Shown here piece after piece: positions 39,086 to 48,721 of a DNA stretch of 64,000 bases. How positions within the stretch are numbered: position 1 is the first letter of the stretch; each line of letters begins with the position of its first letter. Position numbers and translations under genes: made by a program. The notes beneath the pieces were generated by a model. It was not told the DNA's origin. It worked only from the letters and a program-made list of their open reading frames with translations, and did not search any database. Source of the DNA: Escherichia phage vB_vPM_PD112; the sequence record NC_054928.1. One strand, 5' to 3'.

Positions 39086-39772
39086 TTAAAAATCGTGGGT
39101 AGAATCAGCTTCAAGAGCTACCACATAATTCGCGTGTTCACCTTCAAATTTAGCAGCACCTTGTTTACCTTTTGCCCAGAGCAGAAGTTTATAATTTCCT
39201 GGTTGCATTTTCATATTTGCCATATTGATAATGAAATTAAATGTATTTTCACCATCATAATCGCCAAGAGTCAAAGAATATTTAACACGAGTCAAAGCAG
39301 AATCTTCTACTTTATTAAAACCGTTAATTACGATTTTACCTTCTTTTACCGTGATAGCAATTGTATCAATTTGCAGACCACGAGATACACGCAACAGTTG
39401 TTGAAGGTCTTCAGCTTTAATTTCAGTAACAACAGATGCTACCGGGAATGGAATTGGTTTATTAGGAGCAACTACTGTACTCGGATCGGCTGCTGGCCAA
39501 AAAATTGTTGAGCGAGCATCAGCAATTTTAATATTACCATCTTCTGACTGGGAAATTTCTGCATCATCATTAACTAGAGACAGAATACCGAGAAAACCGT
39601 TCAAATCGTAAATTGCTACATCAAAATCAATAACGTCAGAAATATTTGCTTCAGCATAAGTTGTACCATTAACTGCACGAGTCATAATAAATTGACCAGA
39701 TTTAAGCATAATACCGGAGTTAATAGTAGCGAAATTTTTCAAAATATTCAGTGTATCTTTAGACAGTTTCAT
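39086..39772 (-). CDS. 45: sliding clamp
   Basis: 228 aa, the T4 gp45 length; N-terminus MKLSKDTLNILKNFATINSGIML. Confidence 0.95.
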   Translation of the reverse strand: MKLSKDTLNILKNFATINSGIMLKSGQFIMTRAVNGTTYAEANISDVIDFDVAIYDLNGFLGILSLVNDDAEISQSEDGNIKIADARSTIFWPAADPSTVVAPNKPIPFPVASVVTEIKAEDLQQLLRVSRGLQIDTIAITVKEGKIVINGFNKVEDSALTRVKYSLTLGDYDGENTFNFIINMANMKMQPGNYKLLLWAKGKQGAAKFEGEHANYVVALEADSTHDF

Positions 39773-39801
39773 GTAATTTCCTTCAATTCAAATGAGATTT
39801 A

Positions 39802-39825
39802 ATTTTATAACTAATTTAATAAAGC
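39802..39825 (-). promoter_or_regulatory. MotA-box middle promoter upstream of gene 45
   Basis: Minus strand TTGCTTTA (plus 39820-39827), 12 nt, TAAAAT (plus 39802-39807). Confidence 0.5.
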
Positions 39826-39827
39826 AA

Positions 39828-40217
39828 TTAACGATTAAAATCAGCAGCAATTGTTTCCGCAACAATTTGAGCAGCAACAATTAGACGTTCATCTGCATTA
39901 CCGCAATAACCATCTTCAAGGCGTTCACCACATGAAGTCATAATAAATTTGGCACCAGCGTTTAGGGATTCTGTAGTATGTTTGCGCATTAGTTCAATCC
40001 ATTTATCACTCACTTCACGATCGATAGCTTCATAATACGCATGACGAGCAGGTGCAGATTTAATTTTGTTCTGAATAACTTCCATTGCGTTATCAGAAAG
40101 AGACAAAACCCATGCTCGACGAATTTTATTTTGGTTTTGTGGATTTGAATCAGAACGCACGTGTTTTGGCTGAATATCTTTTACATCAACAGTATAATTC
40201 ACAGTAATTTTAGTCAT
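39828..40217 (-). CDS. rpbA: RpbA, RNA polymerase binding protein
   Basis: 129 aa; position between 45 and 46 as in T4. Confidence 0.75.
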   Translation of the reverse strand: MTKITVNYTVDVKDIQPKHVRSDSNPQNQNKIRRAWVLSLSDNAMEVIQNKIKSAPARHAYYEAIDREVSDKWIELMRKHTTESLNAGAKFIMTSCGERLEDGYCGNADERLIVAAQIVAETIAADFNR

Positions 40218-40226
40218 AATACACCT

Positions 40227-40415
40227 TTAGTCATAATAATCAGTAACAGTCCAAGCTTCATTTCTATTGGACATTATTTTTGTATATTCTGATTTAAATG
40301 CATTCCTAAGCATAGATTCAGTAACTATATGCTCTTCATTAGAAAAATTATTTCTCAGAATATATCGTTTTATTTCAGGAATAGTTAATAGATGCTGTCC
40401 AGTTGAATATTCCAT
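40227..40415 (-). CDS. hypothetical protein, 62 aa
   Basis: Track ORF, ATG start; middle promoter upstream. Confidence 0.5.
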   Translation of the reverse strand: MEYSTGQHLLTIPEIKRYILRNNFSNEEHIVTESMLRNAFKSEYTKIMSNRNEAWTVTDYYD

Positions 40416-40432
40416 GTTTTTCCTCCATAGAG

Positions 40433-40456
40433 ATTATACTCTAATAAATTAAAGCA
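40433..40456 (-). promoter_or_regulatory. MotA-box middle promoter
   Basis: Minus strand TGCTTTA (plus 40450-40456), 11 nt, TATAAT (plus 40433-40438). Confidence 0.6.
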
Positions 40457-40470
40457 TAATCTCTTATAAA

Positions 40471-42153
40471 TTAAACCATTACAGTAAATCGACCAACTTT
40501 CTTCATTTGAAGATGCTGACCATATTCTTGCGGGTCATGGTCTTTATGCGAAATTATAAAGACATTAGTGTTTTTCATTGAATTTATAATATTAGCTACA
40601 CCTTTAATACCTTCGGCATCAAATGACCCATCAAACACTTCATCAAGAATTAATGTACTAATACTAACACCAGATACGATAGAAGCAATATCACGCCAAG
40701 TAAATAAAAGAGCAATATCAATTCGTGCCTTTTCGCCTTCACTAAATGAAGCATAACTAAAATCTTCACGACCACGGGATTTAATTGTCTCATTAAATTC
40801 TTCATCTAATGTAAACACATAATCCGCTTCCATTATTTTAAGATAATGGTTAATCTGCTTATTAAATAATGGAATGTACTTTTTAATAATAGCACCTTTA
40901 ATACCAGAATCTTTGAGCATATCAGTCAAAATTCCTCGGTGGTATTTTTCCATTACTAAATTAGTTTTTGTCTTAACAATTTTATCAAGTTCTTCTTGAA
41001 GCAGTGCTATTTCATCAGCATGGTCAATAAACTCAGAAGATGCTTTTTCTATAGCCGCTTTAACCTTTTTGGCTTTATCTACCGTCGTGATTAGAGATTG
41101 CTTTTTATTGCGAATATCATTTGCCAACGTCTGCTGGGTTTTAATATTATCTCGGTATTCATCAACAAGAACTTTTAAATTATCACGATGCGTTGAAAGC
41201 TGTTCAAATGAATGCGTACATTCAGAAACTTTATCTTTAATTTTAGAAACAACTTTATCACCGGAACTTAATTGTGACAAACAGGTTGGACATAATCCAC
41301 CTTCGTGATACATATTAATGACTTTATTATACGAATCAATTTTTGATTTAATTAAAAATGCTTCTTGACCAATTTTATTAAATGCATCAGTCGGGTCTTC
41401 ATCTAAAACAATATTAACTAATCTTTCGTTAGCTTCTTCTATTTCCGATTTTAGTGTTCTAGCTTCTTTTGCCAAATCATCATACATATTTTGCAGACGA
41501 GTAAGGTTTTCACCAGACAATTTTTTCTGGCGTTCAACATTATCGTTATATATTTTAATTTGTTGGATAATACTATCTTTTTTAACATCAAGCACTTGGT
41601 TTTGTGAATTTAATTCACGTATTAGTGCTTTATTAAGCTTATCCATTTCAGCTAATGTTCCTACTTCGAGCAGGTCTTCGACGAGTTTTCTTCTTGCAGG
41701 AGTGGATAGGCCCATAAAAGGGGTATATCCAGCCGTGCCGAGTACGACGATCTGTTTGAAACTGGCGTATGACATTCCGATAAGCTGTTCAAATTCTGCT
41801 TGGAAATCTTTACTGCTGGCAGATTCATTAAGACGTGTACCGTTAACGGTGATTTCGAAAACATTTGGTTTTTGTCCTCTTTTGATATAGTACTTTTTCT
41901 CATCATATTCCATCCACAGTTCAACTAAAAGTTCTTTCTTATTTGTGCTGTTTATTAATTGGCCTTTCTTTACATCACGAAATGGCTTGCCAAAAAGCCC
42001 AAATGTGATGGCTTCTAACATAGTAGACTTACCACCGCCATTTCGTCCAGTAATAAGAGTTTTTTGAACCTTATCTAGTTGAATGTCAATCCCATTTTGA
42101 CCAACTGACATTATATTTTTATATTTTACTCTATTAAGTTTAAAATTCTTCAC
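40471..42153 (-). CDS. 46: recombination nuclease ATPase subunit (Rad50/SbcC-like)
   Basis: 560 aa, the T4 gp46 length; Walker A GRNGGGKST and C-terminal signature; GTG start with SD AAAGGAA. Confidence 0.95.
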   Translation of the reverse strand: MKNFKLNRVKYKNIMSVGQNGIDIQLDKVQKTLITGRNGGGKSTMLEAITFGLFGKPFRDVKKGQLINSTNKKELLVELWMEYDEKKYYIKRGQKPNVFEITVNGTRLNESASSKDFQAEFEQLIGMSYASFKQIVVLGTAGYTPFMGLSTPARRKLVEDLLEVGTLAEMDKLNKALIRELNSQNQVLDVKKDSIIQQIKIYNDNVERQKKLSGENLTRLQNMYDDLAKEARTLKSEIEEANERLVNIVLDEDPTDAFNKIGQEAFLIKSKIDSYNKVINMYHEGGLCPTCLSQLSSGDKVVSKIKDKVSECTHSFEQLSTHRDNLKVLVDEYRDNIKTQQTLANDIRNKKQSLITTVDKAKKVKAAIEKASSEFIDHADEIALLQEELDKIVKTKTNLVMEKYHRGILTDMLKDSGIKGAIIKKYIPLFNKQINHYLKIMEADYVFTLDEEFNETIKSRGREDFSYASFSEGEKARIDIALLFTWRDIASIVSGVSISTLILDEVFDGSFDAEGIKGVANIINSMKNTNVFIISHKDHDPQEYGQHLQMKKVGRFTVMV

Positions 42154-42413
42154 AAAAGATTCCTTTTAATGTATCTTTTAGACCATTCTATCATATCATC
42201 ATAATCTAAAAAGTATTCATCAAATTCAGCCATGCAAACAACACCTTGTGCTGCTTTTGATGTGATATAAATTATTCCAACATATCTAGAATCTTCTTCG
42301 GTGTAATCAATATTTGCTATGAATTCATCGTTAATGTCAAATGTCGAAAACTTCACAGTATGCATCCTTAATACAAGATACAGCCATATCTCGTAATGAT
42401 TTAGGTGTGTCAT
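42150..42413 (-). CDS. hypothetical protein, 87 aa
   Basis: Track ORF, ATG start; overlaps next ORF by 77 nt, so one of the two starts is uncertain. Confidence 0.4.
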   Translation of the reverse strand: MTHLNHYEIWLYLVLRMHTVKFSTFDINDEFIANIDYTEEDSRYVGIIYITSKAAQGVVCMAEFDEYFLDYDDMIEWSKRYIKRNLL

Positions 42414-42600
42414 TATCTAAAATGTTGAAGTTAAAAGATACAGCCCAGTCAGTGCATACCGTAACCTTTTTAATACAATTATCTTCAACCTCTAGCGGTT
42501 CAAACCAATATTCAATAATTTCTTTATGCCCAATATCATCTTTTACTTCGCATTCAAAATGCTGACTCATCATAACATTTTTAAATTCATCAAAAGTCAT
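42337..42600 (-). CDS. hypothetical protein, 87 aa
   Basis: Track ORF, ATG start, overlaps gene 47 stop by 4 nt. Confidence 0.45.
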   Translation of the reverse strand: MTFDEFKNVMMSQHFECEVKDDIGHKEIIEYWFEPLEVEDNCIKKVTVCTDWAVSFNFNILDNDTPKSLRDMAVSCIKDAYCEVFDI

Positions 42601-43616
42601 TGTGTTGCCTCTACATATAACTGATTTGCATATTGAATAAGTGCTTCGCGGTCAGAATCAGTGATGTCTGGAATTGCATTAATGTATTCTTCCATCAACG
42701 TCTGAAGAGATTGAACTTCTACTTCTTCGCTATCATCTGACTCGACAGAGTTATCAATCTTTGACACAACTCGTAATGAATGCACAACTTTTTCTAGTTC
42801 AGATTCGAACTTCGTTAGATTTTTGTCTACTTCAGTTACTATAACACGTACTGATAGATTTGTAAAATCTTTATAGTCAATTTTTCCTTTAAATGGATAA
42901 TGAATTCTACGATGCCAGGTAGTATTGTTTGGAATAAATTCCATTCGTTCTGTTTCTGTATCAAACATCCAGAACCCACGAGGGTCATTCTCGTCACCTG
43001 CAGTTAGTGTCCATGGTGTCCCAATATATCTGACGTTAGCAGCCTCAGAGATAGTATGGAAGTGACCAGACCACACTTCTTTATAAGTCTTAAGGAAATC
43101 AGGTTCAAGACCGTGAGATTTCATTCCTTTATAAAAATAAAATCCATTCAGTTCCCAGTGACCAACACAAAAGGAAGCAGATGAAGTTTTAATATGTTCA
43201 AGAATTTCACCGGTATTTTCTTCACACATCCAAGGAATTAAATCAATCAAACACCCGTCAAAATCTACTGTAGTAGGCTTATCATATACTTTAACATTAG
43301 GATATTTAGCCAAAAGCTCAGTAGAAGCATTTGGATGCATTACATTTTTATAGTGGAGATCGTGATTTCCTACAATAGTATGTAATGTGATTCCAGCGTC
43401 ATCAAGCATTTGAACTATTTCACGGGCAAACTCCATAGTTTTATGCGTGATCGCTTTTCGTACATCAAAAATATCACCGTATTGAATCCAGGTAGTAATT
43501 CCATTTTTCTTAGAATATTCTATTGCTTGTTTAATTCCATCAATTTGAATACCGCGAATCCATTCATCATCAGCTTTAACGCCTAAATGCCAATCACCTA
43601 AATTTAAAATTTTCAT
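42597..43616 (-). CDS. 47: recombination nuclease subunit (Mre11/SbcD-like)
   Basis: 339 aa, the T4 gp47 length; phosphoesterase motifs GDWH, GNHD. Confidence 0.95.
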   Translation of the reverse strand: MKILNLGDWHLGVKADDEWIRGIQIDGIKQAIEYSKKNGITTWIQYGDIFDVRKAITHKTMEFAREIVQMLDDAGITLHTIVGNHDLHYKNVMHPNASTELLAKYPNVKVYDKPTTVDFDGCLIDLIPWMCEENTGEILEHIKTSSASFCVGHWELNGFYFYKGMKSHGLEPDFLKTYKEVWSGHFHTISEAANVRYIGTPWTLTAGDENDPRGFWMFDTETERMEFIPNNTTWHRRIHYPFKGKIDYKDFTNLSVRVIVTEVDKNLTKFESELEKVVHSLRVVSKIDNSVESDDSEEVEVQSLQTLMEEYINAIPDITDSDREALIQYANQLYVEATQ

Positions 43617-43751
43617 ATATCAAGAACCGTCATTGAAATGCAAAATAAAATTATTGAAATAAACCCATCTGGTGTGCTAAAGAACCCAATCCAACACGCT
43701 CTGGTGAACAAATAAAACGCGAGAAAAAGTATCACATATCCAAGAAATATC

Positions 43752-43775
43752 ATTATATCAAACTCCGTATAAAGC
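43752..43775 (-). promoter_or_regulatory. MotA-box middle promoter upstream of gene 47
   Basis: Minus strand GCTTTA (plus 43770-43775), 12 nt, TATAAT (plus 43752-43757). Confidence 0.6.
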
Positions 43776-43779
43776 TAAA

Positions 43780-43791
43780 GGGCCGAAGCCC
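43780..43791 (-). other. UUCG hairpin abutting the alpha-gt stop codon
   Basis: Minus strand GGGCUUCGGCCC directly after the stop at 43793-43795. Confidence 0.6.
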
Positions 43792-43792
43792 T

Positions 43793-44995
43793 TTATTTTG
43801 TAATAATGTCAAACTGCTCTTTAAAGCAGAAGCTTGAATCTTGGTGCTGATACAAAAATTCATAAGCTTTTTCGCGTTCACGGTCATAAAGAGCTCGGTC
43901 AGATGACAGTTCTTTAATACGTTCAAATGTTGATTCCATGTCATTTTCATCAAACCAAACGATACCGCTATCGTGCGAAATTAATGGAGTATTATCAACA
44001 CGGAATTTTAAATTTTCGCCAGTAGATTTCCAAAATACTGGAATTGTTCCACATGCACCAAGCTCGAGATGAGTATATTCTAAAGAACGCTGTAGATATT
44101 TTTTATCTAATTTACTCAGCTGATAACCAAATCCGGATTTACTCATGCGTTCAAGCATTTCGCTATTTACATAACGGTCGAGAATTTGCGTCGGCAAATT
44201 AGGAGCAATTTTAATTTGGTCTACTTGATGAAGACGATAATACTCGTATGGAATTCCTTTTTCTTTAATAGGAATGAAAGCTGGAGAACGTTCCAGACCT
44301 TCCATAATAGTACTTAGTCCTGCAGGTTTAAGATGTTTTTCGTGAAAATCAAACATCTGATAAAAGCCTTTCCATGTAGTAGTACGACCAATCCAACGGT
44401 TGATATTCATGTTAATTTCAGAAACATCTTTCCAGTAGGTTGATCGAACCTTCGCAATATCCATAGGAGGCTGAAAGTTATATACGGTCGGTGCTTCTTC
44501 AATATCATCAAACAGAGAAACAGTTTCCGGATACCATTCTTTCATCAAAACTTTATTAAAGTCACCATTATCAGAATGGCTAAAAATAACATCAGCTCGA
44601 CGAACAGTTTCTTCTAATCCCAAATTTCGGCGTAAAGAAAGAGAAGAATGGTCATGCTGATAAACTACAACACGAACCGAAGGTTTAATGTTATCAATAA
44701 TTTTTTTATAGTTATTAATAGTGTCTTCTTCTACTGAAGTAGCAGGAACTGAATTGATAATTAGAATATCACAATCATTTACCAACTTAAGTGTTTTATC
44801 GTATTCTTTTGCCAATAAAACCGGAATTGAAAATGACTTATAATCATGCGCGCAATTACGAGTAAATGATTTATCTTTAGCATAAACCAAAGTTACTTCA
44901 TGACCATTTTTAATAAACCAATCACGCTGCTCAAGAGAAAATTTAGTTACACCGCAACCTTCAAGACCTCGAGCCATAAAAATACATGCTTTCAT
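43793..44995 (-). CDS. agt: alpha-glucosyltransferase
   Basis: 400 aa, the T4 alpha-gt length; N-terminus ...CIFMARGLEGCGVTKF. Confidence 0.9.
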   Translation of the reverse strand: MKACIFMARGLEGCGVTKFSLEQRDWFIKNGHEVTLVYAKDKSFTRNCAHDYKSFSIPVLLAKEYDKTLKLVNDCDILIINSVPATSVEEDTINNYKKIIDNIKPSVRVVVYQHDHSSLSLRRNLGLEETVRRADVIFSHSDNGDFNKVLMKEWYPETVSLFDDIEEAPTVYNFQPPMDIAKVRSTYWKDVSEINMNINRWIGRTTTWKGFYQMFDFHEKHLKPAGLSTIMEGLERSPAFIPIKEKGIPYEYYRLHQVDQIKIAPNLPTQILDRYVNSEMLERMSKSGFGYQLSKLDKKYLQRSLEYTHLELGACGTIPVFWKSTGENLKFRVDNTPLISHDSGIVWFDENDMESTFERIKELSSDRALYDREREKAYEFLYQHQDSSFCFKEQFDIITK

Positions 44996-45019
44996 TTAAT
45001 ATCCTCATTGTTTTGGTTT

Positions 45020-45043
45020 ATTTTACCAAAAATTTATAAAGCA
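45020..45043 (-). promoter_or_regulatory. MotA-box middle promoter-like element upstream of alpha-gt
   Basis: Minus strand TGCTTTA (plus 45037-45043), 11 nt, TAAAAT (plus 45020-45025). Confidence 0.45.
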
Positions 45044-45061
45044 ATATAGGAGCCGAAGCTC

Positions 45062-45235
45062 CTATCCACATAATACACCATACAGAGGCTCATTAGAGCT
45101 TCTAAATTTTATACGTTTATATGTTATAGTTCCTTCTGCTTTAGCTTTATCATGAGACTCTTTAAAGCGCCTCATCATTTCTACTTTAGAGGAACGAATT
45201 TTATTATAATCTATTTCAGAAGTCTGGGTGTTCAT
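45062..45235 (-). CDS. small basic protein, 57 aa
   Basis: Hand-translated MNTQTSEIDYNKIRSSKVEMMRRFKESHDKAKAEG...; stop lies in a UUCG hairpin; not in track. Confidence 0.3.
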   Translation of the reverse strand: MNTQTSEIDYNKIRSSKVEMMRRFKESHDKAKAEGTITYKRIKFRSSNEPLYGVLCG

Positions 45236-45238
45236 CTT

Positions 45239-45442
45239 TCACAGTTGCCACCATTTTTTGACTTGATAAGAATCAACCCACACTTTCATATTAGGGTCTG
45301 CTCTTACAATAGGAGGATTAACTTCTTTAATTGAACTATCATGGTATTCTTTTTCAGAAATTTTCACGCAAAGATGACCATTCAAAGATTCAGTAAATCC
45401 TGCATTAATTTTAAGACGCTTGAATTTTACGTGTGTAAGCAT
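45239..45442 (-). CDS. hypothetical protein, 67 aa
   Basis: Track ORF trimmed from TTG to the adjacent ATG. Confidence 0.45.
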   Translation of the reverse strand: MLTHVKFKRLKINAGFTESLNGHLCVKISEKEYHDSSIKEVNPPIVRADPNMKVWVDSYQVKKWWQL

Positions 45443-45728
45443 CAATCATATCCTCAATCTGCGATCTAGTAGTCTTCCAAAGAATACTGATGAGTTCATC
45501 GTTATATGGCTGTTTTAGAATATCCCGACTTTTCTTGATAGCATATTCGTATTGAGCAAAATTATTATTTTCAGCTGCAATCTGAGCGTGCTTATAAAGA
45601 CGATTCAGTTCGCGTTTGTTTTTAGACAATAACTTATTTGCTTTTCTTTCTGCTTCAAGACGGTTCTTTTCTTCAATAGAAGAAATAAGCTTTTCCACTT
45701 CATCATTAATTTCGGGTTTATCAGTCAT
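45411..45728 (-). CDS. hypothetical protein, 105 aa
   Basis: Track ORF, ATG start. Confidence 0.5.
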   Translation of the reverse strand: MTDKPEINDEVEKLISSIEEKNRLEAERKANKLLSKNKRELNRLYKHAQIAAENNNFAQYEYAIKKSRDILKQPYNDELISILWKTTRSQIEDMIDAYTRKIQAS

Positions 45729-45729
45729 A

Positions 45730-45948
45730 TTATTTCTCTAATATAAAATAAAAATCATCATCTGTTAAATGATACCGATAGTTTAATTCTACACCATTAG
45801 ATTTAAAAGCGGTATCATACGGATTTTCTGGATCAATATCAATGTCAAGAGCTAAAACTTCCCTGAGATACATTTTAAGTAAATAGGGAATAGCTTCAAC
45901 TTCAGGTATTTCTTCCAAGAATCCGGAGAGGTTAATCGTTAGCCTCAT
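45730..45948 (-). CDS. hypothetical protein, 72 aa
   Basis: Track ORF, ATG start. Confidence 0.5.
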
Positions 45949-46489
45949 ATAAAAAATCCAAACTAGGAGAATCGTCTACAACACTTTTCTTTTCAGCCCC
46001 CGGTGTTCTATAGGTTGATTCTTCGTAATGCGTCATTTTATCGTAGATGTCTTGAATAAAAGTTTCATCTACTAACGCAACCATATCGTCGTCACGACTG
46101 TCATAGACATTGTGAACGAAGTAACTATATTTCTTTGCAACTTCCTTACGTTCTTTTTTAATACGCTGGACGAATGCATTAAAACAAGCTTGAGTTATAT
46201 ATGCATGTGGGTTTTTATATTTCGTTTCATCAAAATTATGAAGCCCCTTAATAGAAGCTTCTATACCATCTGCAATCATTTCTTGTTTCCAAGATTGGGT
46301 GTATCCTGAAAAGTTGAAACGTTTAGATAAGCCTTCTGCAATAAGCATAATGGCTAATCCGATAGTATCATTCTGACGAACTACTTTATTTGGGTCTTTA
46401 TTATTTGCTAATTCTGTTTTCCAATCAATAATAGCTTGTAAAAGCTCTTTATTGTTTACGTAATTATATTTAGGCTTAGTTTCTGACAT
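45932..46489 (-). CDS. 55: gp55, sigma factor for late transcription
   Basis: 185 aa from [20 protein letters not shown] (track adds a GTG extension); T4 gp55 length. Confidence 0.9.
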
Positions 46490-46567
46490 TTTCACCTCTT
46501 AGCTCAATTCATAGATCTATTATATCATAATATTTTAAGATCTATCTTAAAGCATAGAGGATATCAG

Positions 46568-46837
46568 TTATCTAAGTAAACAGTATGCTTGGAACACTTT
46601 CTCCATCATCTTTTTAAATTCATGAATATCTATGTAATGATCATTAATATCAGCACGATATAAAAAGTCTAAAAACTTTTCATGTGTGCTAACATATTCA
46701 CTTTCATTTAATTCAGAAACATGGCTTTCCCAATATCCAACACCAGTCTTATTTGGGAAAAATGAAATTTTCATATATTGGTCAACATAGAAAATTCCAT
46801 AATTTTCAATAGTAATAGAAATATTAATAAATTTCAT
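46568..46837 (-). CDS. hypothetical protein, 89 aa
   Basis: Track ORF, ATG start. Confidence 0.5.
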   Translation of the reverse strand: MKFINISITIENYGIFYVDQYMKISFFPNKTGVGYWESHVSELNESEYVSTHEKFLDFLYRADINDHYIDIHEFKKMMEKVFQAYCLLR

Positions 46838-47055
46838 GTATTCATCAACTTAGCCGCTTCAAGAGCTGCATCTAGTGAATCAAATTGATCGACATATTCA
46901 ATCAATTCGCCGTAATTAGCGTATAACCACCATTGGCTAAATTCATACTCAAGGATGAATCCATTTCCTTCAATTTGAGTTAAACCAATGCCGTTTGTAT
47001 TTACTTCATATCCGGCAAGACGCAAATCGTTAATAAGAGCTTCGTTCATATTCAT
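46834..47055 (-). CDS. hypothetical protein, 73 aa
   Basis: Track ORF, ATG start. Confidence 0.5.
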   Translation of the reverse strand: MNMNEALINDLRLAGYEVNTNGIGLTQIEGNGFILEYEFSQWWLYANYGELIEYVDQFDSLDAALEAAKLMNT

Positions 47056-47378
47056 ACCTTAGCAATTTTCAGGTCAGCAAATTTTTTCTTGCGTTGATTT
47101 TTCATACGACGAATAGTTTTATCAGAAATTTCATGCTTTTGATAAGCTTTAGATTCTACGCCAAAAGCTTTAACATCAAATTCTGACAAGATATATTGAA
47201 CCAACAATTCACGAATAGTATTTCGTCCAATTTTCTGATCATTCTGTTTCATCATCTGATGAAGCTCTTTTTCCCATTTATCCAAAATTTGAGGAGTTAC
47301 AATATCGCCTTTTTCTAGCAGAGAAACTACTTTATCATATGCATAAGAATTGATGGCGTTTTTAATTTGAATAGTCAT
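47052..47378 (-). CDS. hypothetical protein, 108 aa
   Basis: Track ORF, ATG start. Confidence 0.5.
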   Translation of the reverse strand: MTIQIKNAINSYAYDKVVSLLEKGDIVTPQILDKWEKELHQMMKQNDQKIGRNTIRELLVQYILSEFDVKAFGVESKAYQKHEISDKTIRRMKNQRKKKFADLKIAKV

Positions 47379-47410
47379 ACATTATCCTCAATTGCGTTAA
47401 AATTTTATTA

Positions 47411-47430
47411 TCCAAAAAGGGCCGAAGCCC
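47411..47430 (-). terminator. UUCG hairpin with U-run (terminator-like)
   Basis: Minus strand GGGCUUCGGCCC followed by UUUUUGG, directly after the stop of ORF 47431-47631. Confidence 0.55.
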
Positions 47431-47631
47431 TTAGCTAAACTGTTTGGCGCCCTTCCAGCCTTCGTACATCATTGCGGCTGATATTAATATTGCCCCTGAA
47501 CAGCTTGAATATTTGTGATTCCAAAACCAGTTCAGAAAAACTTCGTCATCAATACCTTGGGCTATCATATTTTCAAAGAACTGACGACGAGCTTCGGCAA
47601 TTCGTTGCGATAATTTAGATTCAGGATTCAT
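47431..47631 (-). CDS. hypothetical protein, 66 aa
   Basis: Track ORF, ATG start. Confidence 0.5.
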   Translation of the reverse strand: MNPESKLSQRIAEARRQFFENMIAQGIDDEVFLNWFWNHKYSSCSGAILISAAMMYEGWKGAKQFS

Positions 47632-47844
47632 TTAAATTTTCCAATTGCCGTTTTCATCAATGAATTTAATCCAGTCATTTACTGACCACTTGGTCGTATC
47701 ACCTTTTGGAGCAACATTTAAAGTGTATAATCCTTGTTTAAAAAGCATACGTTTGATATTCATATTTTCCTCAGCTGTAACGATAGCACTCGTTTGATTT
47801 ACGTTTAGCAACTCGTTGAGAAGTATTATAATCAAAATCGTCAT
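47632..47844 (-). CDS. small membrane protein, start uncertain
   Basis: Track first codon is TTG; ATG at 47844 or internal ATG at 47763; hydrophobic N-terminus. Confidence 0.4.
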   Translation of the reverse strand: MTILIIILLNELLNVNQTSAIVTAEENMNIKRMLFKQGLYTLNVAPKGDTTKWSVNDWIKFIDENGNWKI

Positions 47845-48064
47845 CAATGTAAACTGATTTTTTCAACTTTCTTACTTCACTACGTAATTGACGATTTAAC
47901 TCATCTTTAACTTCTGAATCAATGCCTTTCATTCTACGCCATTTATCTGAGCGAAAAATGTTTTCAACCATATCTTTATGACTTACGCCATCAGGAGCTT
48001 TGCGCTTTCCAAAATAGTCATAATCACGTACTTTTAAATCTTTACGACGATATGTTTTACCCAT
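47771..48064 (-). CDS. basic protein, about 97 aa
   Basis: Track start is GTG; first ATG gives MGKTYRRKDLK... Confidence 0.45.
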   Translation of the reverse strand: MGKTYRRKDLKVRDYDYFGKRKAPDGVSHKDMVENIFRSDKWRRMKGIDSEVKDELNRQLRSEVRKLKKSVYIDDDFDYNTSQRVAKRKSNECYRYS

Positions 48065-48239
48065 GGAGTTTAATTTCCTTAGCAACTGAACTAAATACAG
48101 CACGATCACAAATCATCTGTTTATGTAACTTAAGTATAAGATAATAAACTTCAAAACCGTTTACATAAGTAACACGAACAACATTACCATTAATAAAATA
48201 ATATTGTCCCTTTTTAATTTCTTTATCAACCACAACCAT
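48057..48239 (-). CDS. hypothetical protein, 60 aa
   Basis: Track ORF, ATG start; early promoter upstream. Confidence 0.5.
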   Translation of the reverse strand: MVVVDKEIKKGQYYFINGNVVRVTYVNGFEVYYLILKLHKQMICDRAVFSSVAKEIKLHG

Positions 48240-48269
48240 ATCAATTCCTCAAAGGTAATTCATATGTTA

Positions 48270-48298
48270 ATAATACCACAGTTTGAACTTGTTGTAAA
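48270..48298 (-). promoter_or_regulatory. T4-early-type promoter
   Basis: Minus strand TTTACA (plus 48293-48298), 17 nt, TATTAT (plus 48270-48275). Confidence 0.65.
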
Positions 48299-48370
48299 CA
48301 ACTTTGTGAAAAATATTTTAGGGAATGATAAGAAAGGAACGATAGCTTAGAATGGTAATATACAGAATGT

Positions 48371-48393
48371 GAAAAAGAAAGGCCCAGAGGGCC
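48371..48393 (-). terminator. intrinsic terminator after the nrdH-like gene
   Basis: Minus strand GGCCCUCUGGGCC followed by UUUCUUUUUC. Confidence 0.6.
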
Positions 48394-48397
48394 CGTC

Positions 48398-48721
48398 TTA
48401 ATCTTCTATGATATCTCTATCATATCCAAGTGAAATGAGAGTTTCTTTGAAGTGTTTAATGTTCTTTTGTCTAGAATCATTAATGAAAATGACTGGATAA
48501 CGAATGTTAAGAGATGTGAATCCAGCGCGTTTAGCAAGAGATACAATCAGTGGACGATCATACTCAATCTTACCATTATTTGTAAGAACTTTATAGAAAG
48601 TAAAAGGAGCATTGAGCTCCTTTAGAAGTTTTGTAACTGATTGACATCCAGGACAACGACCTACTTCATCTGGAATTCCATAGACTTCAATCTTATTCTT
48701 TGAGTTCGAGTTTTGTTCCAC
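48398..48721 (-). CDS. nrdH: glutaredoxin-like redoxin, NrdH-type
   Basis: Thioredoxin fold starting KIEVYG with CPGC active site; no ATG near the fold start; best candidate start is GTG at 48719-48721 with SD AAGGA. Confidence 0.55.
   Translation of the reverse strand: MEQNSNSKNKIEVYGIPDEVGRCPGCQSVTKLLKELNAPFTFYKVLTNNGKIEYDRPLIVSLAKRAGFTSLNIRYPVIFINDSRQKNIKHFKETLISLGYDRDIIED

Noticed and set aside
43753-43953. 66-aa minus-strand ORF overlapping the alpha-gt 3-prime end
   Set aside because: Lies within alpha-gt in a different frame; no independent start signals.
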